From the NCBI GenBank assembly GCA_038532975.1, contig JBCAZO010000001.1, forward strand, positions 1-33,022: a DNA stretch of 33,022 nt. The letters are read 5' to 3'. This DNA comes from Pseudomonadota bacterium. GTDB lineage: Bacteria > Pseudomonadota > Alphaproteobacteria > Rhodobacterales > Rhodobacteraceae. Below the pieces are notes generated by a model. It did not search any database. It was not told where the DNA came from and worked only from the letters and a program-made list of their open reading frames with translations. The translations under genes were made by a program, and so were the position numbers. This document shows, in pieces, positions 17,312 to 28,914 of this stretch. Every line of letters starts with the position of its first letter. Within the stretch, counting starts at the first letter, position 1.

Positions 17312-18889
17312 ATGGCTAAAATCGCCTTTATTCTTCTGTGTCACAAAGACCCGGATGCCATCATTGGGCAGGCCAATATGCTCACAGCGGCCGGTGATTA
17401 TATGGCGATCCATTTCGATGCCCGCGCAGATGCAAATGCCTATAAAAAGATTCGCAGCGCTCTGGCCGACAATCCCAATGTGACCTTCGCGAAAAAGCGG
17501 ATCAAATGCGGCTGGGGAGAATGGTCGCTGGTGCAGGCAACGCTCAACGCAATAGAAGCAGCAGTGGAAAAATTCCCGCGTGCCACACATTTCTATATGC
17601 TTTCTGGCGACTGCGCGGCCATAAAGTCAGCGCGCTTTGCGCATGACTTTCTGGACCGCGAAGACATCGATTATATCGAAAGCTTCGACTTCTTCGCCAG
17701 CGACTGGATCAAAACGGGGATGAAGGAAGAGCGGCTGATCTATCGGCACTTCTTCAATGAGCGCAACAACAAAAAACTGTTCTACACCTCCTTCAATCTG
17801 CAAAGAAAGCTTGGACTAACCCGAAAGATACCAGCCGACATTCAAATCATGATCGGAAGCCAGTGGTGGTGCCTGCGGCGCCGGACCATTGAGTGGATTT
17901 TGGATTTCACGCGCAAACGTCGAGACGTGATGCGCTTTTTCCGCACCACTTGGATTCCGGATGAAACGTTTTTTCAAACGATTGTCCGCCACCTCGTCCC
18001 GGAAAATGAAATCCGCACGCGAACTCTGACCTTCTTGATGTTCACCGATTACGGAATGCCGGTGACGTTCTATAATGACCACTACGATCTGTTGCTTAGC
18101 CAGGACGCGCTCTTCGCGCGGAAAATCAGCCCGGAGGCGACCGAGTTGAAAACACGGCTTGGCGCGCTTTATGCCGATGATGATGCTGAGTTCAAAATCT
18201 CTGATGAAGGACGCAGTCTCTTTAAGTTCCTCTCTGGACGCGGGCGCATTGGTCGTCGTTTTGCCCTGCGGTTTTGGGAAACCGAAAGCACACTGGGCCG
18301 CGAGCGCGAACTGATGATCCTGGTGTGCAAGAAATGGCATGTCGCCAAACGGCTCTTGGCGCGCATAAAACAAGTGACCAATGTGCCCGCTGTAGAATAT
18401 CTATTTAATGAAGACGACACGCCCCTGCCTGATCTGGGTGGCATCCAAGGGTCATTGGGCAAACGCACACGACACCGTCGTGCGTTGATGCGGATGCTGT
18501 TCGACTATTTCGAAACCGACCGTCTGATCGTTTGTATGGACCCCGGCAATATTGAGCTTTTGGAAGATTTCAACAGCGACCGCTCCACAACCCGCATGCT
18601 GGAAATCCAATGCGACTTCACAGATGAATACCTGATTGGTCATGCCAAACGTGTGGGTCTTGCCGGCGAACGCACCCCACGCGAAACATTAGAACGGCTG
18701 TTGCCCACAATTCGTGGCGACATTAATTTTGAATCAGACCGTATTCGTGACGCAGAATTTGAAAACCATCTCATTCTGAGACAATCCAACCCGTCCGAAA
18801 CGAACGCCAAACAGATCGAAAATTTTCTAAAGATCACGCCCGACAAGGCGCTTGAAATTGCCCAAACAGACCATCTTTTCGCTGATTGA
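17312..18889 (+). CDS. Core-2/I-branching (GT14-like) beta-1,6-N-acetylglucosaminyltransferase family protein with a C-terminal extension
   Basis: IAFILLCHK, IHFD, WGEWSLVQATL, LSGDC, GSQWWCL, PDETFFQT and LFARK motifs. Confidence 0.88.
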   Translation: MAKIAFILLCHKDPDAIIGQANMLTAAGDYMAIHFDARADANAYKKIRSALADNPNVTFAKKRIKCGWGEWSLVQATLNAIEAAVEKFPRATHFYMLSGDCAAIKSARFAHDFLDREDIDYIESFDFFASDWIKTGMKEERLIYRHFFNERNNKKLFYTSFNLQRKLGLTRKIPADIQIMIGSQWWCLRRRTIEWILDFTRKRRDVMRFFRTTWIPDETFFQTIVRHLVPENEIRTRTLTFLMFTDYGMPVTFYNDHYDLLLSQDALFARKISPEATELKTRLGALYADDDAEFKISDEGRSLFKFLSGRGRIGRRFALRFWETESTLGRERELMILVCKKWHVAKRLLARIKQVTNVPAVEYLFNEDDTPLPDLGGIQGSLGKRTRHRRALMRMLFDYFETDRLIVCMDPGNIELLEDFNSDRSTTRMLEIQCDFTDEYLIGHAKRVGLAGERTPRETLERLLPTIRGDINFESDRIRDAEFENHLILRQSNPSETNAKQIENFLKITPDKALEIAQTDHLFAD

Positions 18890-18897
18890 GAGACGAC

Positions 18898-19281
18898 ATG
18901 CCTTATTCTTACGACGACCAGAACATATTTGCCAAAATCCTGCGCGGCGAAATCCCCAATGACACCGTTCTGGAAACTGAGCACGCGCTGGCCTTCAATG
19001 ACATTCAGCCACAGGCGCCAGTGCATGTGCTGGTCATCCCCAAAGGCGCTTATGTCTGTCACGACCATTTTGCTGCAGAGGCCAGCGAGGCTGAAATCAT
19101 TGATTTCATTAGGGCAACTGCCAAAGTCTGCGAGATGACGGGTGTCTCACCGGGAGATGGCCAAAGCGGGTATCGCACCATCTCAAATGCTGGAGAAGCA
19201 GGGGTACAGGACGTCCCACATTACCACCTGCACATCCTTGGAGGTCGCACCTTGGGCCGTATGGTTTCCAAACCAGAGTGA
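18898..19281 (+). CDS. HIT-family nucleotide-binding protein (HinT-like)
   Basis: NIFAKILRGEIP, AFNDIQPQAPVHVLVIPK and Q.VPHYHLHILGG (histidine triad). Confidence 0.95.
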   Translation: MPYSYDDQNIFAKILRGEIPNDTVLETEHALAFNDIQPQAPVHVLVIPKGAYVCHDHFAAEASEAEIIDFIRATAKVCEMTGVSPGDGQSGYRTISNAGEAGVQDVPHYHLHILGGRTLGRMVSKPE

Positions 19282-19360
19282 GGGGCAGATGCCACACTCA
19301 TCCGCACGCCAATTTTTCGCCATCTTGAAGGCACGCTTCGGCTGATACATATCCCCCCTC

Positions 19361-20200
19361 ATGAGCCAAAGCACACCCATAAGTGACGCATCAGAGCAGT
19401 CCCGCATCAAGAAATTGGTGGAATCCTTCACATTCAGGAACTTCATCCTAGGCGTCATCCTGTTCAACGCCGTCATTCTGGGGCTTGAGACATCAAAAAC
19501 TGCGATGATCGCTGCGGGACCGCTCATTGAGGCGCTTGATACAATCTGCCTAGGCATCTTTGTGATGGAGCTTCTGCTCAAGCTTTTCGTCTATCGGTTG
19601 TCTTTTTTCCGCGATGGCTGGAACATTTTCGATTTTATCATTGTCGCCATTTCTTTGGTTCCATCTGCTCAGGGACTAAGCGTTCTGCGCGCGCTGCGCA
19701 TCTTGCGACTTTTGCGTGTGGTCTCGGTCATGCCGTCCCTACGCCGCGTGGTCGAAGGGTTGATGAGCGCGCTGCCTGGCATGGGGTCTGTTTTTCTGCT
19801 GATGGGGATTATTTTCTACATCGGCTCTGTCATGGCGACCAAACTCTTTGGTGGTGATTGCAGTGCTTGCACACCTGCTCAAGCTGCAAATTTTCAGGAT
19901 TGGTTCGGCACCATCGGGAGCTCGGCCTATTCCCTTTTTCAGATCATGACGCTGGAAAGCTGGTCCATGGGTATCGTGCGTCCTGTGATGCAGGTTTACC
20001 CCTTTGCCTGGGCCTTCTTCGTACCGTTTATTCTGGTGACAACCTTTGCAACTGTTAACCTTGTCGTAGGGCTTATCGTGAACTCAATGCAAGAAGCGCA
20101 CGGTGTCGAAGATGCCGAACGCACGGACGAATACCGCGACGAAGTCCTTACGCGCCTTCAAGCCATCGAAGAACGCTTGAACGGCGTTGGCAAACCCTAG
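19361..20200 (+). CDS. Bacterial voltage-gated sodium channel (BacNav, 6-TM ion transporter)
   Basis: WNIFDFIIV (S3), S4 arginines LRALRILRLLRVV, selectivity filter TLESWSMGIVRP, S6 NLVVGLIV and a short C-terminal coiled coil. Confidence 0.93.
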   Translation: MSQSTPISDASEQSRIKKLVESFTFRNFILGVILFNAVILGLETSKTAMIAAGPLIEALDTICLGIFVMELLLKLFVYRLSFFRDGWNIFDFIIVAISLVPSAQGLSVLRALRILRLLRVVSVMPSLRRVVEGLMSALPGMGSVFLLMGIIFYIGSVMATKLFGGDCSACTPAQAANFQDWFGTIGSSAYSLFQIMTLESWSMGIVRPVMQVYPFAWAFFVPFILVTTFATVNLVVGLIVNSMQEAHGVEDAERTDEYRDEVLTRLQAIEERLNGVGKP

Positions 20201-21126
20201 TGAGAGCCGGTCAGCGACAAGAAGACATCTTCTAAATTGGCCTGCTCAGTACGCACATCCCGGATCACAATACCAGCTGCACGCACCGCTTCTAAAACGG
20301 CATCCGCGGTCAAAGCAGAGCCTTTATAAGAGAGAGCCAATTCGCCAGATTGTCTTTCAACGACGTTCAACCCTACAAGAGAAGGCAGTAGGCTCGGCTT
20401 TTTTTCTGGCACGACCACCAGACATCGCGCATCAAGCTGCCCCAAAAGGTTCGCCGTGCTGTCACGCGCCACAAGACTGCCCTGATCGATAATTGCGATC
20501 TCGTCACACATCTCCTCGGCTTCCTCAAGGTAATGCGTCGTCAGGATGATCGTCATCCCCTCTTCATTGAGCTTGCGAATGTTCTGCCAAAGCATTTGCC
20601 GCAGCTCGATATCCACACCTGCCGTCGGCTCATCCAGAACCAGAACATGCGGTTGATGTACCAAAGCCTTGGCCAGCAACAATCGACGCCGCATGCCGCC
20701 GGACAACGTGCGCGCGTAAGCTTCAGCTTTGTCGCTCAAACCGACCAGCCCGAGAATTTCGTCACTGCGCCGACGCGCCTTTGGCACTCCGTAAAGCCCG
20801 GCCTGCACTTCTAGTGCGGCCCGAGGCGTAAAGAACGGATCAAGGTTCAATTCCTGCGGCATCACCCCAATCGCCGCCCGGCTTTGGCGGGGATTCACAT
20901 CCTGATCAAAGCCCCAAATACGCACGCTGCCCGCAGATTTGACAACGAGGCCGGCCAAAATATTGATGAGCGTCGACTTGCCGGCGCCGTTTGGCCCCAG
21001 CAACCCAAAAATGGACCCTGCCGGAATATCAAGATCAACACCTTTCAAGGCAGCTTTGGCAGGTCCCTGCCGTCCACCCGGATAAGTCTTTTGCAACCCT
21101 CGTAATTCTATCGCATGTGATGGCAT
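20197..21126 (-). CDS. ABC-2-type (YadG-like) transporter ATP-binding protein
   Basis: [50 protein letters not shown] and LEDVFL. Confidence 0.93.
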   Translation of the reverse strand: MPSHAIELRGLQKTYPGGRQGPAKAALKGVDLDIPAGSIFGLLGPNGAGKSTLINILAGLVVKSAGSVRIWGFDQDVNPRQSRAAIGVMPQELNLDPFFTPRAALEVQAGLYGVPKARRRSDEILGLVGLSDKAEAYARTLSGGMRRRLLLAKALVHQPHVLVLDEPTAGVDIELRQMLWQNIRKLNEEGMTIILTTHYLEEAEEMCDEIAIIDQGSLVARDSTANLLGQLDARCLVVVPEKKPSLLPSLVGLNVVERQSGELALSYKGSALTADAVLEAVRAAGIVIRDVRTEQANLEDVFLSLTGSH

Positions 21127-21201
21127 TGCAACCCTTGTCCCCGGCCCGTGCTTGGATATAGTCGCGATTTAGGGAAGATGAAGCCAAAAGGAAATCCATC
21201 A

Positions 21202-21381
21202 ATGGTGACCGAAGCCCCCGAAACACGTATTGTCGACAGCTACCGCGTGGCCTGTGACGGAGGTGAAGGCGCGTTGGGCCATCCGCGCGTGTGGCTTTCG
21301 ATCCCGCATGAGACTGGATTTGTTGAATGTCCTTATTGTGACGCCAAGTTGGTTCACAAGGATTTTGAAGGCAAAGTCTGA
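21202..21381 (+). CDS. zf-CHCC zinc-finger protein (59 aa)
   Basis: [17 protein letters not shown]...VECPYC. AAGGA upstream of the ATG at 21202. Confidence 0.9.
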   Translation: MVTEAPETRIVDSYRVACDGGEGALGHPRVWLSIPHETGFVECPYCDAKLVHKDFEGKV

Positions 21382-21479
21382 AACCGACATTCCACGTGCC
21401 CCAAGGCACCAAAACGGCATTGACACAGGTCCTGCCCGTCTCGTTCCATTTTCGGTGAAGCGAAAGCGGAGGATGACCC

Positions 21480-22343
21480 ATGGCAGCACTCACTCAAACG
21501 CAAATAGATGCCTTTTGGCGTGACGGGGTGATCACTGTCGAGAACGCCGTTAATGCAGATCAACTTGAAGCGCTACAGGATGAGTTTGGAGTTTGGGTCG
21601 AAGAAAGTCGCACGCACACAGAAGATTACGGTGAGACCATGGATGGACGTGCGCGTTTCTCGGTAGAACCGGGCCACAGTGCTGAAAAACCTGCTCTGCG
21701 ACGTGTCCAATCCCCCGAAGAGGTCTCGGACGTCTTTCTGGACACCATGCGCAATGCACGCACTGTGGAAATGGTTGCCGATTTGATTGGGCCCAACCTG
21801 CGCTTTCATCATGGCAAGGTGAATTCCAAACAACCCGGCGCCGCGACAAAAATCAGTTTCCATCAGGACTTCTCCTTTCAGCCGATGACCAACGACGACT
21901 TGATCACTGCACTTCTCTTTGTCGATGACGTCACTCTTGAAAATGGCCCGCTTGAGGTTGTGCCCGGCACGCATAAAGGCCCGCTTTATTCACATTGGCA
22001 TGATGGACGCTTCACGGGTGCTGTGTCAGATGAGGTTCTGAATACCCATAAGCACAACATCGTGCACTGCGCCGGCAAGGCCGGGTCGGTGTGCCTGATG
22101 CATTCCAGCCTGCTGCATGGCTCGGCCCCGAACCTTTCGGATCAGCCACGCACTCTCTACATCGCCACCTACTACGCCGAAGATGCCATAGAGCTCAGCG
22201 CCAACCACCTCCCTAGCCGCCACACGCATGAACTTGTCCGTGGCAAAGAAACTGGGCGCGTGCGCTGCTCATCATACGAGATGGAAATCCCGGAAAAACC
22301 GGCTTCTACGTCCTTCTTTGATCAACAGGCAGAAATGGCCTGA
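21480..22343 (+). CDS. PhyH-family Fe(II)/2-oxoglutarate dioxygenase
   Basis: FWRDGVI, KVNSKQPG, FHQD, ENGPLEVVPGTHKGP, AGSVCLMH..LLHGSAPN.S..PR. GGAGG RBS and TTGACA at 21420-21425. Confidence 0.92.
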   Translation: MAALTQTQIDAFWRDGVITVENAVNADQLEALQDEFGVWVEESRTHTEDYGETMDGRARFSVEPGHSAEKPALRRVQSPEEVSDVFLDTMRNARTVEMVADLIGPNLRFHHGKVNSKQPGAATKISFHQDFSFQPMTNDDLITALLFVDDVTLENGPLEVVPGTHKGPLYSHWHDGRFTGAVSDEVLNTHKHNIVHCAGKAGSVCLMHSSLLHGSAPNLSDQPRTLYIATYYAEDAIELSANHLPSRHTHELVRGKETGRVRCSSYEMEIPEKPASTSFFDQQAEMA

Positions 22344-22432
22344 CGACAGCTTCTGTCGCAATCCGGGTGGAAGCTCGCGCCGCTTCGTGGCAATAGTTTT
22401 GCAACACCAGTTTGCAAAAGGCGGGGGCCAGT

Positions 22433-25237
22433 ATGAGCACACAGTTTGGCAAGGGGCATCATCTGCACCTCATTGATGGCTCGGCTTTCATCTTCCGCGC
22501 TTACCACGCCCTGCCGCCGCTCACGCGCAAGTCCGATGGACTTCCCATCGGTGCGGTCTCTGGATTTTGCAATATGTTGCAACGCTATATTTCTGACAAC
22601 AATGGTGCCGATGCCCCAACCCATGTCGCGGTAATTTTTGACAAGGGCAGTCACACGTTCCGCAATGACATGTTTCCTGAGTACAAGGCCAACCGAGAAG
22701 CCATGCCTGAGGACCTTCGCCCGCAAATACCGCTGACGCGACAGGCCACAGAGGCCTTCAATATCGCCTGCAAAGAGCTAGAAGGGTTCGAGGCCGACGA
22801 CATCATCGCCACGCTGGCATGCCAGGCGCGGGATGCCGGCGGGCGAGTTACGATTATCAGCTCGGACAAAGACCTGATGCAGCTGGTGGGCAATGGCGTT
22901 GAAATGCTCGACGCCATGAAAAACCGCCGCATCGATCGCGACGGGGTCATGGAAAAATTTGGCGTGGGACCCGAACGTGTCGTAGATGTACAGGCTCTGG
23001 CAGGCGACAGTGTCGACAATGTACCCGGCGCGCCCGGTATCGGTGTCAAAACCGCCGCGCTTCTGATCAACGAATTTGGCACACTCGAAGAGCTTCTCGA
23101 CCGTGCCGAAGAGATCAAACAGCCCAAGCGCCGCGAAACCTTGATCGACAAGCGCGAGCAAATCGAACTTTCCAAACGGCTTGTAAAGCTCGATTGCGCC
23201 ACACCCCTTGATTTCACGCTCGAAGACCTTGAAGTGCGCGATCCGGACCCCGAGCGGCTTCTCACCTTTCTGGCCGAGATGGAATTCCGCACTCTGACCA
23301 AACGCATCTCTGAAGCACTGGATGTTGACCCACCTGTTATTCCCGAACCCTCCACAACCCAACCAACCGAAGACAGCGCCCCGGAATGGCCACCGATCAA
23401 CCCGGCAAAATACGAACGCGTTTCAGAAAAAGACGCGTTGCAACGCTGGATCGACCGCATCATCGCACGCGGCTACGTGGCTTTTGACACTGAAACCACT
23501 TCGCTTAATGAAATGCAGGCCGAGCTTGTGGGCATCTGCCTGTCCGTTGATCCCGGAGAGGCGTGCTACATCCCGCTCCTGCACAAGGATGGCAATGCCG
23601 ATGATCTTTTTGGCTCCGACGCAATCCTTGACGGTCAACTGCCTTTGGACGACACGCTTGATGCTCTGAAACCCGTTCTCGAGGATCCTGCAATTCTCAA
23701 GATCGGGCAGAATATGAAATACGACGCCAAGGTGCTGGCTCGATATGGCATATCAATCCATCCCATCGACGATACTATGCTGATGTCCTATGCACTCAAC
23801 TCCGGTATCCACAACCACGGCATGGACACGCTCAGCGAACGGTACCTGACCCATACGCCCATCCCGATCAAAGAGCTTTTGGGCACCGGCAAATCCGCCA
23901 TTACCTTTGATCGCGTGCCCATTGACGAGGCCGTCAAATACGCTGCTGAAGATGCCGACATTACCCTGCGCCTATGGCACACTTTCAAGCCACAACTGCA
24001 CCGCGCCAAAGTCACGACCGTCTATGAAAGACTAGAACGCCCGCTTGTGCCCGTTCTGGCGCAGATGGAGCGGCACGGTATCAAGGTCGACCGTGAAACC
24101 CTGAGCCGCATGTCCAATGCCTTTGCCCAAAAAATGGCCGGGCTTGAAGCAGAGATTCACGAACTGGCTGGACAAAGCTTCAATGTCGGGTCTCCCAAGC
24201 AACTCGGTGAAATCCTGTTCGACAAAATGGGACTTGAGGGCGGCAAAAAGGGCAAAACCGGCGCCTATGCCACAGGGGCAGATGTGCTCGAAGACCTCGC
24301 GACCGAACATGAACTTCCCGCACGCGTTCTCGACTGGCGCCAACTTAGCAAGCTCAAGAGCACATACACAGATGCACTGCAGGAGCATATCGACCCTGAT
24401 ACGGACCGTGTCCACACATCCTATGTGCAGACCGGGGCCTCCACCGGGCGTTTGGCCTCAACCGACCCCAATCTCCAAAACATCCCCATACGCACCGAAG
24501 AAGGCCGTCGTATCAGAGAGGCCTTTGTTGCCGGGTCCGGCAACACGCTTGTCTCGCTCGACTACAGCCAGATTGAACTGCGCATTCTGGCGCACATGGC
24601 GGACATTCCTGCCCTCAAAAAGGCATTTGCGGACGGCCTCGACATCCATGCCATGACCGCATCGGAAATGTTCGATGTCCCGCTGGAAGACATGACACCC
24701 GAAGTGCGCCGCCGCGCCAAGGCGATCAATTTCGGCGTGATATATGGCATTTCCGGCTTTGGACTTGCGCGCAATTTGCGTATCCCGCGCTCAGAAGCTC
24801 AGGCCTTTATCGACCGGTATTTCGAGCGATTCCCCGGCATCCGCGCTTACATGGACAGTACCGTGGAATTCGCCAAGACGCATGGATATGTCCAAACCCT
24901 CTTTGGCCGCAAAATCCATACACCCGAGATTGCCGCCAAAGGTCCGCGTGCAGGATTCGCGCGCCGCGCCGCCATCAACGCCCCGATTCAAGGCACGGCG
25001 GCAGACATTATTCGTCGAGCAATGATTCGTATGCCCGACGCGATTTCCAAACTTCCCTGCAAGATGCTGCTGCAAGTGCATGATGAGTTGCTTTTTGAAG
25101 TAAAAAAGGACTCTGAGGAAGACGTTATCAAAGCAGCTCGAGACATTATGCAGAATGCGGCAAAACCCGCGTTGCACATTGATGTGCCACTTGTTGTAGA
25201 TGCCGGACAGGGACGAAACTGGGCAGAAGCGCATTAA
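22433..25237 (+). CDS. polA: DNA polymerase I
   Basis: 5'-3' exonuclease (LIDGS, YKANR, EADD, DKD, GDSVDNVPG), 3'-5' exonuclease (FDTETT, QNMKYD, YAAEDAD) and polymerase motifs (DYSQIELR, AKAINFG, QVHDEL). Confidence 0.99.
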   Translation: MSTQFGKGHHLHLIDGSAFIFRAYHALPPLTRKSDGLPIGAVSGFCNMLQRYISDNNGADAPTHVAVIFDKGSHTFRNDMFPEYKANREAMPEDLRPQIPLTRQATEAFNIACKELEGFEADDIIATLACQARDAGGRVTIISSDKDLMQLVGNGVEMLDAMKNRRIDRDGVMEKFGVGPERVVDVQALAGDSVDNVPGAPGIGVKTAALLINEFGTLEELLDRAEEIKQPKRRETLIDKREQIELSKRLVKLDCATPLDFTLEDLEVRDPDPERLLTFLAEMEFRTLTKRISEALDVDPPVIPEPSTTQPTEDSAPEWPPINPAKYERVSEKDALQRWIDRIIARGYVAFDTETTSLNEMQAELVGICLSVDPGEACYIPLLHKDGNADDLFGSDAILDGQLPLDDTLDALKPVLEDPAILKIGQNMKYDAKVLARYGISIHPIDDTMLMSYALNSGIHNHGMDTLSERYLTHTPIPIKELLGTGKSAITFDRVPIDEAVKYAAEDADITLRLWHTFKPQLHRAKVTTVYERLERPLVPVLAQMERHGIKVDRETLSRMSNAFAQKMAGLEAEIHELAGQSFNVGSPKQLGEILFDKMGLEGGKKGKTGAYATGADVLEDLATEHELPARVLDWRQLSKLKSTYTDALQEHIDPDTDRVHTSYVQTGASTGRLASTDPNLQNIPIRTEEGRRIREAFVAGSGNTLVSLDYSQIELRILAHMADIPALKKAFADGLDIHAMTASEMFDVPLEDMTPEVRRRAKAINFGVIYGISGFGLARNLRIPRSEAQAFIDRYFERFPGIRAYMDSTVEFAKTHGYVQTLFGRKIHTPEIAAKGPRAGFARRAAINAPIQGTAADIIRRAMIRMPDAISKLPCKMLLQVHDELLFEVKKDSEEDVIKAARDIMQNAAKPALHIDVPLVVDAGQGRNWAEAH

Positions 25238-25417
25238 AATCAGCATCTTGCATGTAATTTGATTGAAAAATTGGAAACAAAACCCGGGATTCTGGCCAAA
25301 ACGTTGTCAAAAATGCCGCGGATGTTCAGGAATCCGCTTAATCGCAAAGCCTTAGTGTTGACAACGATTCCCTTTACCTAAAAGTATGGCTTTGTCACTT
25401 GTAGGGAAACTGTTCAC

Positions 25418-25540
25418 ATGACAAATAAACTTGCACTTATTGCAGCACTCGTCGCAACCGTAGGCGTAGCCGCTTGCGCGCAACAAGAAGAACCAGCACC
25501 GGTGCCGATTGAGCCCGAGCCTGTTTCGACAAAACTCTAA
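25418..25540 (+). CDS. Small lipoprotein (40 aa), below the ORF-track cutoff
   Basis: Own translation: MTNKLALIAALVATVGVAA-CAQQEEPAPVPIEPEPVSTKL*. Lipobox VAAC, AGGGA RBS at 25403-25407 and TTGACA at 25358-25363. Confidence 0.8.
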   Translation: MTNKLALIAALVATVGVAACAQQEEPAPVPIEPEPVSTKL

Positions 25541-25576
25541 AACGTTCACACGTTTCAGAATTCTTCGGGACGGGAG

Positions 25577-26545
25577 CTATGGCCGCTTGGCCATACGCCC
25601 TCGTCCCGAAATCTTTTGTACCCCTGCATCCGCTGATGTAGGGTTTTTTAGTGTTTGGCGAGTTGCGGCAATCTGAATACGCTGCGCGACCCTTTTCAGA
25701 TGATCTTCCAGAGGGGAACGCGCACGCCACACAAGACCAATCGTGCGCTTGGGTTCTGGTTTGGGAAACTTTGCTGTCGACACATCTGTGGCGCTGGTTT
25801 CCAGTGCGACTGCCATTTCGGGGATAAGCGTCACGCCCAAACCCGTCGCAACCATCTGCACCAGCGTCGAAAGCGAACTGCCATCCATTGTTTCGCTAGG
25901 TCGCGCCAACGGCATCCGGCAAAAGTCAAGCGCCTGGTCGCGAAAACAGTGCCCTTCTTCCAAAAGCAAAAGCCGCATTTGCGCCAGCGACTGACCAGTT
26001 GGCACCGGCTTGTCCGCATCCGCTTTGGGCCTGACGAGCACAAAGCATTCTGAAAACAAAGGCATTTCCACCAGCTCTGTTTCCGAGATCGGCAACGCCA
26101 GCAAAGCCGCATCAAGTGTGCCGTTCTTTAAATCCTGAATAAGGGATTGTGTCTGGGTTTCACGAATACGCAAATCAGCCTGCGGAAAGGCAGCGGACAG
26201 GTCTGTCACGACCTGAGGCAAAAGATATGGACCTATCGTGGGAATAATCCCGATACGCAACGGCCCAACCAATTCTTCACCGGAGGATCGTGCCAGATCA
26301 GAGAGATCATCCACGGCACGCAAAATGTCTTTGGCGCGATCGGCAAAAACCTCGCCGAAAGACGTCAAACGCACTGACCTGGCCTGTCTTTCAAAAAGCG
26401 GCTGACCAAGCGCATCTTCTAACTCTTTGATCTGCACTGATATCGCTGGCTGCGACACAGAGCACGCAGTAGCGGCTCGTCCAAAATGCGCGTGCAAGGC
26501 CACTGCCTCAAAATATCGAAGCTGTTTAAGTGTAAAATTTTCCAT
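25577..26545 (-). CDS. oxyR: Hydrogen peroxide-inducible genes activator OxyR (LysR family)
   Basis: LysR HTH (LKQLRYF...HFGRAA..C.VSQPAIS.QIKELE), GIIPTIGPYLLP, both redox cysteines in LLEEGHCFRDQALDFC, and SSLSTL.QMV. Divergent from katG. Confidence 0.93.
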   Translation of the reverse strand: MENFTLKQLRYFEAVALHAHFGRAATACSVSQPAISVQIKELEDALGQPLFERQARSVRLTSFGEVFADRAKDILRAVDDLSDLARSSGEELVGPLRIGIIPTIGPYLLPQVVTDLSAAFPQADLRIRETQTQSLIQDLKNGTLDAALLALPISETELVEMPLFSECFVLVRPKADADKPVPTGQSLAQMRLLLLEEGHCFRDQALDFCRMPLARPSETMDGSSLSTLVQMVATGLGVTLIPEMAVALETSATDVSTAKFPKPEPKRTIGLVWRARSPLEDHLKRVAQRIQIAATRQTLKNPTSADAGVQKISGRGRMAKRP

Positions 26546-26590
26546 AAGGTAAAGTTATCAGACAGATAAAAAATTACAAATTCCATCTAT
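26544..26590. promoter_or_regulatory. OxyR-binding site between oxyR and katG
   Basis: ATAA-N7-TTAT-N7-ATAA-N7-CAAA-N6-CTAT, close to the ATAG-N7-CTAT-N7-ATAG-N7-CTAT OxyR consensus. Overlaps the oxyR start codon. Confidence 0.7.
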
Positions 26591-26653
26591 CGCTGTCAGG
26601 CTATATATTACTCCCACGGTGCCTTGCCTGCGCATCGGACAAACTTCAAATGA

Positions 26654-28843
<2,190 letters not shown>

Positions 28844-28861
28844 ACGACCATAAAAACGTCG

Positions 28862-28895
28862 ATGCGCCGGCCGTCTTGCCGGCGCATTTCATTTC
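28862..28895. terminator. Terminator between the convergent katG and DUF1285 genes
   Basis: Stem ATGCGCCGGC (28862-28871) / GCCGGCGCAT (28878-28887) followed by TTCATTT. Confidence 0.7.
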
Positions 28896-28914
28896 GAAAG
28901 CGCACAAAAAAGCT

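Noticed and set aside
22651-23463. 270-aa antisense ORF in polA, and similar long antisense ORFs in tpa, tauB, the sulfotransferase, katG and the BatA gene
   Set aside because: Shadow ORFs expected from codon bias in GC-rich genes; no recognisable motifs.
25577-25660. C-terminal tail of OxyR longer than usual
   Set aside because: Low-complexity tail after the conserved domain; most simply stop-codon drift, with no frameshift evidence.
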